DNA from: Epiperipatus broadwayi
Taxonomy: Eukaryota > Animalia > Onychophora
Assembly: GCA_028023455.1 (NCBI GenBank)
Contig: JAQFVV010000005.1
Coordinates: forward strand, 18,166,001 to 18,230,000
Length of the DNA: 64,000 nucleotides
Reading direction: 5' to 3'
The position numbers and the translations under genes were made by a program. Below are positions 39,936 to 53,299 of this stretch, one piece after another. Each line of letters starts with the position of its first letter. Positions within the stretch are counted from its first letter, which is position 1. The notes under the pieces were generated by a model, which saw nothing but the letters and a program-made list of their open reading frames with translations, did not search any database and was not told the origin of the DNA.

Positions 39936-42714
39936 TACTTTTTATAGTTATCTAGCATAAGTTGTGAATAAACAAATAAAGTGCAAGGTGGTTTAAAGGC
40001 TTCTAAAAAATTATTGAAAACAATCTAAGTATGAAAATTAAAAATGTCTTCCCTTAAATAAATCCTGATTGAATCCCTAATTGTCAAACTATATAACAAA
40101 ATGTAATATACATAATACTACTTAGTTATTAATAAGCATTAAAAAATTAAATAAAGTAGTGTAAATATTTTATTACTGAATGAAAACAAGAGATTTTTTT
40201 GACAATACAAAATGTAAACAAGAGGTTCGGAATTGAAAGTAACTAATGGATTTTCACAACAAACAATTATTTTTATCAAGTCAATGCTAGTGGAATAAAA
40301 AAGTTATATCAACTATGTTATTTAAAGTTGACATACTTTGTGGCCCTAATGAAATACATGTTACATCAATAAACAATGTAAGTATGAAAATTTAAAATAT
40401 CAGACTAGATATATAATAAACTATAATTATTACTAGTAAAATACACATATAAATTAAATAAGAGTGTAGATGTTTTATTATTGAAAGAATATAACTTCCT
40501 TAATAGAAAATGTGACTAAGTTTATGCAATGGATTCTCAAACAAACAAACTTTTTAATTAATTATTGATATGTTAGTCAAAGTTGATCTAAATATTAGTA
40601 AATAAGTCTAAGAGTTACTTCAGTTTTTACAACTATTGTACTTCAAAAAAGAGAATATGACAAGTCATACTCTTTTTTCTCTTCACGATGCAGGATGAAG
40701 CTCAGAAGTGAAACATTCCAGAGAATCATACTCTGGCTATAGGTAATATTTTTAAGTAAGTAAACTAGAAGAATTGCTGACATAATAAGAGCCAATCATA
40801 AAAGAAGAGGAGGGGAGAAGGGCAGCACAATGTTTTCATGTGTGTGTGTGTAATAGTCATCATAATTGGGTTTTTTTTAAATATGATAAAAAACAGATAT
40901 TTAAAAAAGTATCTTATTTGCAGATATTCCATATCTCTACTAGCAATTTTGCAGGATTGATCAAAAAATAATAAGAAAACTTTTGAAAAAAAAATTTCAA
41001 AATTAAATAAATAAATAGTTTTGTTTTAAGATATTATTTAATTATTGTTTAAAAAATTATATTTTAAAATATTAATTTCTTTTATTTTAGTTTGTGTTTT
41101 AGTCTCCAGGTTTGTTTTATAGCAACAAACGAAAATAAAATTGTGTCATATTTACCAAACTTGTTAAATGACTATAGCCATATTTTTAAGAAAAATGTCT
41201 TTTAATTTACAAATTTTATTTCATAGAAGAGGGATGAGGCTAAAATTTGCCTAGCATAAAGACACCTCTTATCCATGTAGTGGCGCTGTTCATGCATACA
41301 CAGTATTTCATTTTGCTAAATAGCATTGAAAATAAAACAATATATATTGAAATAGGCAGAGAATAGTGTAGTTAATAGGTTATGTTTTTTAAAAGAAGGA
41401 AAAAAGTGAAATATTAAGAAAGGGAAAAAATTAATTACTTAATGTTCATCTAGTAGAATTGGAGTATATTCATGTCAAAATTTAAAATTAATAACTTAGG
41501 ATTGGTAATATGTGTATATACATGGGGGGAAGGGTATGAAAAATACTTTATTTTACATTACAACATTGAAGATTTATAATGCGATAAATCAATTATTAAA
41601 AAAGTGATTAAAAACTAAATAATAAATTTGATTGTCAACTAAAAAGTATAAATTAGTTATTTTATTAAAATTCCGATTTAAGAAAAAACAAGCAAGAAAA
41701 GATTATGATTTATTTTTGACTTCTTTATAATTGAGAGATTCAGGTTAATTAAAATTTTTCATTAGCTAGGAGAAAGAAGATAATTTTTAGAAATAGATTT
41801 TAGAGAAAATTAATGGCGAATTTATTGTTATAGATTTATAAAACTAACCTGAACTGATCAAACGAATGGTCAATTTAAAACACATATATATGTTTTTAAT
41901 TCAAAAAGGTGTACCAGCATAGTCAAATCTTTTTCTGAATTCTTTAATATCAAGTTGATCCAATATTTGCAGTTAGTGGCAGAAATCAATTTGCATAAAG
42001 AAGATAGATCTATTGGTTTTCTCTTAAGTCTATGAAATATGACTACTAGAAAATGCGGGGGGGGGGAGGTATATTCCTAAAAAGCAACTGCTCAGTATAT
42101 TGACAATTACTGCATTTTTTATGTATTTTTCAATGTCTGCATTAATGTTTGGCTACCATATATAACTATAGGCTAGTGTCTTTGCCCTAACTGTGACCCA
42201 TGTCCTGTGTGGTTGAAAGCAGTGAACGAGAATCAGCTTCTGCACACATTGGAATATAAAGTCTTCAGATTGATTCCAATTCTAGTACTTCTGGCATTCG
42301 AACTTGTTATGAATTCCTGAGAGATAGTATTTATTTATTAAAATATCATATAATTTAACATTTTATATTATTTCTGATCACTAGACAGTAATATCAAATT
42401 AAACAATTTCTCTGGAATCACAAACTTTTTATTAATTTTAACTTAGAAAAACAAACAAAAATAATTTCTATGTAAATACATATCATGCAAATTTGATGAT
42501 AAATTTAATCCAACGTAAAATGGCTTTAAATGATTAAAAATTTGAAATTAATAAATGTAAAATATATTTGTCACTAAATAAACTAATATGCATACTTATA
42601 AAAGTGCAGCCATTTTCAAAATTATTATTTTTGATATCTTGACTATTATATCTAATTTTAAAAAAAATATTTGAATGGTTTTATTGATCAAGAGTTCATA
42701 AGAAGTTCAAGTAC

Positions 42715-42790
42715 TGTCAGCCCTGGAATCGATCTCAGGTCCCCACATTCCAGGGTTTGATATTCTATCACTGCTCTAAACCACTCATTG
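42715..42790 (-). repeat. Possible tRNA-derived SINE head
   Basis: Degenerate A-box/B-box spacing (gagtggtttagagc...gagatcgattccaggg). Confidence 0.3.
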
Positions 42791-43212
42791 CATTATACCT
42801 AATTCATTTAATCTTTATCAAAAAGTTTCTAAGCATGGGCCTAGTGCCTCACCCGCCCAATGTTAAAGACAATGAGTTTTGGAAAAATTATTTGAATGGG
42901 TATTTCATAATATGCAATTTGTCAAGATAAATATGAGTTGTTAAAATGCTTAAAGTCCTAGACTTATTTGTTTACTTACTAGGATTGTCTGAAAACTACA
43001 GTAACTATTTTTAATAGTTTAATTTATGCAAGATGCTGCTAGCATTTATTTTTAGTGTTATAAAACTGTTAATACAAAACAAAACAGTTTTTGTTATTCT
43101 AATCTTATTATTTGATCAGTGAAATGGAATTAATTGGTTGTTATAAAATTGTTTTAATATAAAAGAATAAAGTGCTATAAAAATTTATTAATTTACATTT
43201 TTTCTTTTTCCC

Positions 43213-43287
43213 CACGTGTCATAGCATCAGCCGGGAAGCGAACCCGCTAACCCAGGACAACTGACCTCTTGACCACCAATGCTTACA
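43213..43287 (-). repeat. tRNA-Gly-derived short repeat, rearranged
   Basis: Minus strand reads gcattggtggtcaagaggtcagttgtcctgggttagcgggttcgcttcccggctgatgctatgacac. Confidence 0.5.
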
Positions 43288-43564
43288 TTTTTTCTTTAAT
43301 ATATGAATTGTATAGTAAATATACATCAGTCAGTGGATGTTGAAACAAGATCCAAAATAAATGTTTTACATACATATAAAATCAAAATGTATCTTTAAAA
43401 AGCAAATTATTTTACTGTTTAACTATAAATAAAAATAAAAATTTGGTATATCATTGATATATTATATTTATTGCCAAATAAAACTTTATTTGATAAATTA
43501 AATGATTTGGGGGATTTTTTTAATCTTTATTTGCAAGATTACAAAAACATTTAAATCTTGGGAT

Positions 43565-43680
43565 TAAAACAAATGGCGGCCCGTGAAATTTTTAAGCACA
43601 AGTGCTTAATACACTATCACCGCCGCGACAGAACTTGCTGAAATTCACCGAATATGACGTTTCTGACATTGCGGTAATTA
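43565..43680 (+). promoter_or_regulatory. CpG-enriched patch with YY1/Pho-like AAATGGCGGC, candidate transcription start or first exon
   Basis: aaatggcggc at 43571-43580, clustered CpGs, and a donor-like gcg|gtaatt at about 43674. Confidence 0.4.
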
Positions 43681-45007
43681 GCAGCATCTTTGAATAGAAT
43701 CTCAAGTATCACTTATATTATTTTTAAATTGATCTAATTAGTTTCATTTACATAATGATTACACAAAATATTGAATGATAGTTATAATATTGATAATTTT
43801 CAGCACAAACTCAATAATTAATTTTTTTTCTGGGGGTATTGCAATGCTTATGGAACAGCCAACACTGATTAAAACAATCGATGTTCTCAGTCAGTTAAAA
43901 AGCATGTTTTTATTATTTTTAAAATGTTTGAATAATAACAGGTGAATGAAAAGCATTAAACACCGCAATATCCACATCTAGGTTGGCACAAGGGAAGATT
44001 TGGTTTCTATTCACTTTTAGCACCTTGTAAAAGGATAAACAATTATAACTGCATTTTCAAGTTATGAATGTATATCTAAATGAATTGATATGTGGATTGT
44101 TGGAAATTCAAAATTATTAGACAACAAATGTTTCAGGACTCGAAGGAGAACAGTATATTTAGAATACGTGATCAACACATAATGTGCAATCTTTGTTTTA
44201 GTAATAATTAATTCCTTTTAGGCATAAACATCAACTCAGAAAAAAAAAATCGTTGACTATATTGCCATATGCTATTTATTATAAGATCTGTGACAATATA
44301 AATGCCATTATTGTTTCATGGTAAAAAAAAGGCAAGAAAGTTAAATAACTTTATTCTAATTATTCTTTGGATCATTTTATAAAATAAAAATCGTTCAGAG
44401 TCTGTCTTTTAGTCAGAACTTTATTAAATTAACTAAATTTAAAGCCAGATTATTTACAAGATTCAAACAATTTTAATAACTAAAAAAATAAAAAGGAAGA
44501 AGTCTTTGATACAAAGCAGCCATTCTATTTACAAGGGGAAATGTGAATTTATCACTTGCATTGCACAGTGGAGTCACCTCGAATGCTCATGACTTCAGCT
44601 CAAACCAGAGTTGAGTAAATTTAAAACTTTATTCAAAACCAAAAAAGGTTGAAAATTTTCTTTCAGATAGGACAGCTGATAGTCAATTTCCTAAATGAGA
44701 CTCAAATTATTCTTAGCTTGGGGGAAGGGGGGTAAAACAGATGGAAAATCGCTAAAGCTTTCACTATTTGACAGTAGGCAAGACTAGTGAATACTGCCTT
44801 CTCTTGCATCATTTTCCCTTAAAAGATTATTGTAAGAGTTCTGTTCTATGCAGTGAGATATTTTAAATGTTGTTTTGTCTTTGTATACATATATGTATAT
44901 GTGACTTGTGTGTGTGAAGGTTATTTAGTGCATCAATCTACTGAGCAATTTTTTTCATATAGCTATATTTTTAAAAAATAAATGGAGGTTTTTTTTTTTT
45001 TTTACAG

Positions 45008-45260
45008 ATAACCAGTCCATCTGGAACATTTGGTATTGATAGATAAAAAAAAATTTGACTGTGGTTAACTGAAGAATAAATTAAAAGGCAAATTGTAAAA
45101 AAAAAAAAAGCTCAATAATCAATAATTGTCTTTACTGGTGAATATTATCTGTTTCTTTGATATTTTTGGAACAGTTGATAGAGGAGTCTTAACTGTTTCT
45201 GCAAATCTTTACACTATCATAGTTCACTCTCCAGGATTTGATTATGTTATATCTTGTTAA
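45008..45260 (+). CDS. Candidate small host exons (45008-45032 and 45175 onward)
   Basis: Strong polypyrimidine acceptor at 45007; phase-compatible join gives ITSPSGTF-VDRGVLTVSANLYTIIVHSPGFDYVIS; no homolog recognised. Confidence 0.2.
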
Positions 45261-45656
45261 CTATGAACTAATAGAGGGTTCTAAATGCATTAATTTGTAA
45301 TAATATAGTATTAGCTGTTAATTAGAATTGTACATGCTTAACATGCTACAAGTTTAATTTATCAATAAAATTCTTTTAAATAATATACTCTTTTATTATT
45401 AATATATGTTTTGACTGCACTTGACATTCATTCATTTATACACTGAAGATAATGGATAAGTATATTGTACTTAGGGGAAAAGATGAAACAATGTTAATGA
45501 CATCTTTTTTTTTTTACATCGTAACTGTTTCTTTACACTTATTGTATCAGATAAATAGCATTTTAAATAGACAGGTTTTCAGGCCTTAAAATAAATAATC
45601 AGACTGTTTTTTATATATATAAAGAAAAAAAACAACATTTAGGCTAGAGAATCGAT

Positions 45657-46295
45657 GAGATCATCATCATCATCAACCATTATCAATCCACTACAAGATG
45701 AAGGTCTCTCCAAGTTCAAACCATTTTCTCCAATCTTTAGCTTCTCTTCTCCACATCACCCCTGTACACTTTCTTATTTCACCCATTCATCTCACACGTG
45801 GTCTCTTTCTGGGTCTTTTACAATCTCTTGGAAACCAGTTTAAGATTTCAATTGTCCATCTACTATCATCTATTCTAGAAATGTGTAGAGCCCAACTCCA
45901 CTTCAGTTTTTTAATTTTTTCAATGAGGTCAATAATATCTTTTTGTTCTCTTACCTATATATTGCGTTTTCGATCTCTTCCTGTTACTCCTAACATGCAT
46001 CTCTCCATACTTCTTTGAGTGATCTGAAATCTCTGTATTATTCTTCTATTAAGTGTCCAAGTCTCAGATCCATAAGTAAGAACTGGTAAAATATATTTAT
46101 TAAAAACCTTTCTTTTCTAACACTTAGGCATATTTCCTTTTAGTATCAAGTTATTTTTATCAAAAGCATTTCAGCCAAGTTTAATTCTATGATTAATTTC
46201 ATCCATTATGTTTTCATCTGTATTAATAATGTGACCAAGATATTTGTAGCTGTTAACTTCTTCTAACTCATCATAATCAATCTAAATTTGTAGTT
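45657..46295 (-). mobile_element. 5'-truncated RTE LINE copy
   Basis: Highly similar to 47775-48400, including the (GAT)n-type 3' tail. Confidence 0.9.
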
Positions 46296-46984
46296 TCAAT
46301 GTATGAATTTATTATTTTAACTTCTCATCAGATAGCTGCTAAAGCAAAAATTCATTAAAAATCAAATCTTTCCAAGTATTCCTATTAATTTTCTAGTTCA
46401 AGACTGAAATTACTATGCGATAGTATTTCGAATAAATAAAAATACTTAAAATTGTTCACTGTAAGAGAACTAAATTTGTAACAAAATCTTTACAAATGCT
46501 AGAAAGGGGTTGGTTAAACAAGTGAAAAGGAATTAAAACATTTTAGGCAGATGTATGGGACATCCGTTATTGCCATTTTTTAATGTGACATTTGTATTAT
46601 TTATTGATTTCAACATTTTATTTTAAACAAATCGGAGAATTTATTTATATTAAGTTATTAGATAAGCCTTTCTATTTCTTTTAGTTTTAAAATTATTTCT
46701 TTATTTTAATATATTTTTGTTTGTTTCCAACAAAGATTTTAATAGTAATTACTTTAAAATTATTTTATTTTATCACAAAGTTTTGTTTGTGTATATTGAT
46801 TTAACCAATTTATTTTTAACATTACAGCAGAAATTGTTTAATTTTTAAAATTATTTAATTGTTTTAATCATTAAGCTAAAAACTATTTTGCCAGAAATTT
46901 TGTTGAAAATGAAAGTCATTTATCCAAAATGAAAAAAAAATTTAATCCATTATTTTATTTTAGAACTGAAACACACAGGCTTAT

Positions 46985-47720
46985 TATATATGTGTCTATA
47001 TATGTAATATATAGGGTATATGAGGACAGATTTTCACATGATCCACCACTCTCCACACTATCTCATAACACTGATACACTTGAACACATATATGTTGAAA
47101 AGATAAATAATCACCAATATACATATTTCATGCTAAACCAGCAATCATCAGTTGGTCCAGATTACCATCTCTAAACATATATGCTATAAGTACTCAGATA
47201 TAAGTACTCAGATATATATTAAGATAGTCCATCCTCCTACTTTAATACTCCACACTCCAACTCTTCAACCGTCCATCCAATTGAAAATCTGATGATGGAA
47301 TGCTCAAAGGCCACCTTGAGGCCAATATTCTTGTCTGCCTATCCCTTGTATATGTATTAAATGTATTATGTACTGTACATGAGGAGTCAGATTGGCCTTA
47401 GGTCAACATGGGTGTGACAAGAATCTCGGCCTCAGGGTGGCCTTTGAGCATTCCATCATCAGATTTTCAACTGGATGGAAGGTTGAAGAGTTGGAGTAGA
47501 TTGAAGCCTGTCCATTAAAGTAGGAGGATTGACTATCTTAATATATATCTCAGTACTTATAGCATATATGTGTAGAGATGGTAATCTGGACCAACTGATG
47601 ATTGCTGGTTTAGCACGAAATACGTATATTGATGATTATTTATCTTTTCAACATATATGTGTTCAAGTGTATCAGTGTTATGAGATAGTGTGGAGAGTGG
47701 TGGGTCATGTGAAAGTCTTT
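46985..47720. mobile_element. Family F2 fold-back with a hammerhead in each arm
   Basis: 46985-47340 (minus) and 47400-47720 (plus) are reverse-complement copies; cores lie at about 47113-47157 (minus) and 47590-47633 (plus). Confidence 0.85.
47590..47633 (+). ncRNA. Minimal type I hammerhead ribozyme motif (F2)
   Basis: accaa CTGATGA ttgct-ggttt-agcac GAAA tacgta-TA ttgat: core intact, TGCT/AGCA stem II, palindromic ATACGTAT stem III and AUA triplet. Confidence 0.7.
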
Positions 47721-47774
47721 GTTATTTTATATAATTTTTAACTAAATAATATAAAAAACTATTATATAACAACA

Positions 47775-50700
47775 ATCATCATCATCATCAACCATTATCA
47801 ATCCACTGCAGGATGAAGGTCTCTCCAAGTTTAATCCATCTTCTTCGATCTTTAGCTTCTCTTCTCCACAACACCCCTGCACATTTTCTTATTTCATCCA
47901 TCCATCTCACATGTGGCCTCTTTCTGGGTCTTTTACAATCTCTTGGAATCCAGTTTAAAATTTCAATTGTCCATCTATTATCATCTCTTCTAGCAATATG
48001 TCCAGTCCAACTCCATTTCAATCTTTTAATTTTTTCAATAAGGTCAGTAACACCTGTTTGTTGTCTTACCCATACATTGCGTTTTCGATCTCTTCTTATT
48101 ACTCCCAACATACATCTCTCCATACTTCTTTGAGTGGTCTGAAGTCTCTGTATTGCTCTTCTATTAAGTGTCCAAGTCTCAGATCCATAAGTAAGAACTG
48201 GTAAAACACATTTGTTAAAAACCATCCTTTTCAAACACATAGGCATATTTCCTTTTAGTATCAAGTTATTTCTACCAGATCGCATTCCAACCAAGTTTAA
48301 TTCTATGATTAATTTCCTCCATTATGTTTCCATCTGTATTAATAATCTGACCAAGGTATTTGTTACTGTTAACTTCTTCTAATTCTTCATAATCAATCTT
48401 TATTTTCATATTTTGAGCAAATCGATTAAACATTATTTTAGTCTTTTTAACATTTATCTTTAGTCCTACTTTTCTACTTTCATCTGCTAACTCCTGCAAC
48501 ATTTCCTGCAGCTCTGAAGCATTATTTGCAAAAACAATTACATCATCTGCAAAATCTAAATGACTTAAATACTCTCCATTTACTTTCACTCCTTTAGTTT
48601 CCCATTTTAATCCACAAAATACTTCTTGCAGCACTGCTGTAAAGAGTTTTGGAGATATGGAGTCACCTTGTCTTACACCTTTCTCAATGTTGATTTTTCC
48701 AGTATCATTATGAAATCTAATTGTTGCTGTTGCATTTTTATAAATATTCTTTAAAATATGACAATATCCTGGATCTATACCTTGATGATCCAATGCTTTA
48801 ATCACTGAAGAAATGTGTATAGAATCGAATGCCTTTTCATAATCTACAAATCCAAAACATAATGACAATTCATATTCGTTTGTCCTTTCTATGACTTCTC
48901 TCAATACCTGGATATGATCTATTGTACTAAAACCACTTTTAAATCCAGCTTGTTCTCTTGGTTGGTGGAAATCCAAAGTTCTCTGTAGACGAGTTGTAAT
49001 TATCTTGGTAAAAATTTTATATAAAACTGATAAAAGGCTGATAGGTCTGTAATTTCTAATATCTTCTTTGTCACCTTTTTTAAATATTAATATTATTACT
49101 GCATTCTTCCAATCTTCCGGTACATCTTTATCATTTAGACATTTGGTATATAACTTTGCTAAAATTGTTTCTATTTCTTCACCTACTTCTTTTAATATAT
49201 CAATTATAATTCCATCATTTCCTGGAGCCTTTCCTTTCTTCATACACTTAATAGCATGTCTCACTTCTTCATTTAAAATTCTGGGCAATTCCGAAGATGT
49301 AATAGATATAGGAGGTACTTGTTCTTTATTACTATATAATTCTTGATAAAAATCTTCTACCAATTTCATGATGTCATCTCTCTTTTTAGTAATAATTCCA
49401 TTTTTTTTTCTTATTGCAGATATAAATTTCCTACCAATACCAAAATGTTGTTTAACATTTTTGAGACTTTTATTTTCTTCTACAGCTTTCCTTGCTATTT
49501 CACAGTTATACTTACTTATATCATTTTCAACTCTTTTCTGTACCATTTTACAAAATTCGAGATATTCAATTCTTTTTAATACATCATTTTTGTATATCTT
49601 CATATTCCTTCTTTCCTTCATAAATTCTCTAGTCTCAGTAGAAATTTTATTAGTCAATTGCTGCTTTTTTCTACCAGCTATGTTTGTTGCAGTTTTTAAA
49701 AGTGTATCAGCTATTTTCATATTAATTTCATTCAAATCTGAATCATGTTCAAAATCTCCTAACACTTGAAACCTATTTGTAAGTTCTAATTTAAATTCAT
49801 TAGAATGTTTCTGAAGATTAGGAATATCAACTGTAAATATTGTTTTTCTTAATAATTTTTGTCTCTCGTTTTACATTAACACGTAACTTACACCTTACTA
49901 ATCGGTGATCACTTCCTGTGTTAAATTTATTAAGAACATTACAATCTTGAAATATAATATTTTCTGTTAGTCAAAATATAATCCAATTCTGCTGTACCTT
50001 CATTTGGATGCTTCCATGTCCATTTCCTTTTAATATTTTTCTCAAAAAATGAATTCATAATATAAAGTTTTTCTTTTTCTGCAAACTCCACAAGTCTATG
50101 TCCTCTCTCATTTCTATTACCATAACCAAAATTACCTACAGGAATTTCATCTTTCATTTGTCTACCAATTCTAGCATTAAAGTCTCCCATAACAATTTTA
50201 AAATGTTGTTTACTCTGATCAAAAGCCTTTTGTACATCCATATAAAAATCTTCTACTACTTCATCACTATGAGAACTTGTTGGGGCATAAACCTGAATTA
50301 TCTGCATTTGGTATCTGCTATTAAGTTGTATAACTAATCTTGCCACTCTGTCCGATACACCATCAATCTCCACAATATTGTTCTTCCACTTATTGTATTT
50401 CCAATATGTGTGCCTTTATAATAGAATATATGTCCACTTTTTAAATCAATTGTTTCTTCTCCTTTTCTTCTAACTTCACAAAGTCCAATAATGTCCCATT
50501 TAATATAAGACAGTTCTTCTTCTAATTCTTGCAATCTTCCTTCACTTGAAAGTGATCTGCAGTTGTAAGTACCTAAATAAAAAGTCATCATCAAATGGCA
50601 GCCTGGGTCCGCAATCAGGGAATTCTTAGCACCCTCCGCCTTCGGCCACCAACCACTGCCTTGGTTGGTGACTTTACAGCCTCCTGGGAATAAGGGCCAT

Positions 50701-50900
50701 GCTTTATTTTTGTCTGTCATAATTGTATATATGTATTCGAAAAATATTTATCATTTACACAAACATTCATTCTGCCTTATCAGGCACTGAGAAGAAAGAC
50801 TATGGTGTTTCTTGATCTTAAACTCAGAGGTAAAAAGCCAATAAACTCACCACGCTGGCTAATGCGTGTTGGTTAGCAGCCCATCCATGTTCGTACACTA
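47775..50900 (-). mobile_element. Near full-length RTE-clade LINE, frameshifted (5' boundary approximate)
   Basis: APE endonuclease motifs (GTYNCRSL, GLCEVRR, QVYAPT, VMGDFNA, ELDYIL) followed by RT motifs (YRPISLL, DYEKAFDS, GVRQGD, FADD), RTE-type C-terminus and (GAT)n tail. Split across ORFs 50334-50720, 49939-50373, 48272-49765 and 47788-48294. Confidence 0.95.
48272..49765 (-). pseudogene. RTE reverse transcriptase domain (largest open segment, 497 aa)
   Basis: ORF track translation contains all RT core motifs; flanked by frameshifts. Confidence 0.9.
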
Positions 50901-50994
50901 TATAAATAATCACATAGTAATAACAGTTGCAACAACAAGAACGTATGGAGTGGACATTAGGAATTTGCCCTGCTCGGTTCCTTTAAGGCCTCCA

Positions 50995-51062
50995 AGAGGA
51001 ATCAAAGGGTCTCTTTTCAGTTAATAGTTAAGAGGAATCAAAGGGTCTCCTTTCAGTTAATA
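50995..51062 (+). repeat. About 36-bp tandem duplication near the RTE 5' end
   Basis: aagaggaatcaaagggtctc(t/c)tttcagttaatag occurs twice. Confidence 0.9.
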
Positions 51063-51434
51063 GCAAACTCCTTTCTGCAGCCAATAACAATAATAATTCT
51101 AAGTATTTATTATAACATAATTCAATATATGAATCATACATTCATCAGGATTTACACACACATTTTTCTTTGTAATAAACTTATAATTAAAAAAAACTCA
51201 ATGATTAATTGTTGGGAGGTCATATAACAATCTAGTCTCAGAAGGAAAAATTAAGCTTCGATCCAAATATCTTTAGTTCTTGATTCCATTGTTGAATCAC
51301 TGCACTAAGGCAAAAGATGATTAAACCCTCTATTCAACATGGACAGAGTAAAATGTGATAACAAAATCATCAAATTTATATCCTGAATGTCAATGCACCT
51401 CAGAAACTCGATATTTATGTAGAGATATAATTAC

Positions 51435-52200
51435 AAGGAAATCAAGTCATTGTCACATGACCTAATTTAACAAGCTTGTATTACAAATGTTATATATAGA
51501 GCTCTCACATGAGCTCTTAACAAGCGTGTGAGAGCTCTATATATAACATTTGTAATACAAGCTTGGTATCTGAACTTGGTTCAGTCCCATGTGGTATTTA
51601 AGTTAGACAGCTGGATTGGAAGACATATGGATGTCTGAAATTTTCAGACTTTCTACTTAATAGTTATCTATTAGATAAAGTGCTGGACTTGTCCTGGTAT
51701 TTTTAATCTAATGCTTGAATATCGTAGCATTGCACTGAGGAAGCCAGTAGCAGAAACTGGTTTGGGAATATTCTGCAAAGCTTGCTAAGAGCTTATGTAT
51801 AAACTGTATATATAACATTTCTAATACAAGCTTGTTAAATTAGGTCATGTAACAATAACTTGATTTCTTGGTTGTAATTTTATTTTTGGCTATTAAGGCT
51901 TTGGTGATTTTATATTGCTAAAGCTATTAATATATTGTGTATCTGAACTTGGTTCAGTCCCATATGGATATTTAAATTAGATAACTGGATTAGAAGACAT
52001 ATGGATATCTGAAAATTTCAGATTTTCTACTTAATAATTATCTATTAGATAAGGTGCTAAGCTTGTCTTGGTATTTTTAATCTACTGCTTGAATATCCTA
52101 GCACTTACTGAAAAAGCCAGTAGCAGAAACTGGTCTGGGGTTGGTGATATTTTGCAAAGCTTGTTAAGAGCTTATATGCAAGCTCTGTTTATAACAGATA
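51435..52200. mobile_element. Family F4: tandem pair plus perfect palindrome, with degenerate hammerhead-like motifs
   Basis: Perfect fold-back at about 51472-51565 and direct repeats 51566-51790 / 51939-52190. CTGAGGA-agccagtagca-GAAA-ctggtt at 51735-51762 and ctgaaaa...GAAActgGTCtgggg at 52108-52140. Confidence 0.65.
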
Positions 52201-53299
52201 TCATAATAAATTTTATACTGTTCTGCACAGTGGAGTGATGAACATAAAAATTAAAGATTCCTAAACCAAAGTTTAATCAGTTCTATGGGTTATATGTTAC
52301 ATGATTCCTGAATGATTAAATGATTAACCAATTAATTATTAAATATGTTCTGTAAACAAAGAAAGAATAATCAATAATATTTAATAAATATTAATACAAC
52401 AAACCAAAAAACAAATCACATAGTGCTTGGAAAAGCTGTCTAAATTTCCTCAGATTTGACCCAAATCATAGGCAGGTCAGAATAACACCCTAATTCTTCT
52501 ATAATGCTGCAATAACAAGCTAAAAAAATAATTATACATTAAAGATGAATTTTGAAGCGACTACCCAAATCAATCTGTGAACTATAAATACATCCATATA
52601 TAAAATGGTCCATTCTTCTATTTATTCAATATTTTGTGGTATTGTTTTGTTTTTGTTTTTCCGCAAAAAACGTTTCTTTCTAAAATATATTCAATCCCAA
52701 ATCTAATTGTAGCTCTCTAATATATTTTATTTTCTGCCATATTTTTACAATAAAAACAATACACACTACACTTCTTGAGAATGTCTTTGAGATACATCTT
52801 ATAAGATAAATCGGGTCTGCTTCCCCCACAAAAAGCATGCTCAAATTTCATCATAAAATATCTTTTTATCACAAAAACCATGTTCATCATAAACACCATT
52901 GTAAAAAGTCTTGAACTGTTCATTAATTTTACATACTTAATCTAATGAAGGTGTGATTTTACAATTGTGGACTCATAAAGAGCAAGTTCAAAATGTATTA
53001 ATTAATCTTATAATCTAGCCATCGTATTTTTAAAATTTTACAAGGTATCCTTAAATGGAACTTTTTTAATGCATACATATTGCATAAATAGGGAGACTAA
53101 GTCTCACTTCCATGCAATAAATGAGGTAAAACAATAATTCTATATACAGTTAATTTAGATGGAGTTGTTATTTTTTAGTGATGAAATAATTTATCTTTTA
53201 ACTAGTTAAAAACAGCATCATCATATTGGAATCTGTATCACACATCAATATCTAAGTTCATTTTTCTATTTAAATAGTTAACAAAATATTAAAATTAGT

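Noticed and set aside
40692-40741. AG/GT-bounded segment with good splice sites
   Set aside because: Stop codons in all three frames; at most a non-coding exon, with no supporting evidence.
47500-47560. GIY-YIG endonuclease C-terminal remnant in F2
   Set aside because: A KIEA...K-like string appears, but the conserved frame across copies does not give the expected motif.
50580-51060. HDV-like ribozyme expected at the 5' end of RTE elements
   Set aside because: GC-rich hairpins are present but I could not fit the nested double pseudoknot by eye; needs an RNArobo or Infernal search.
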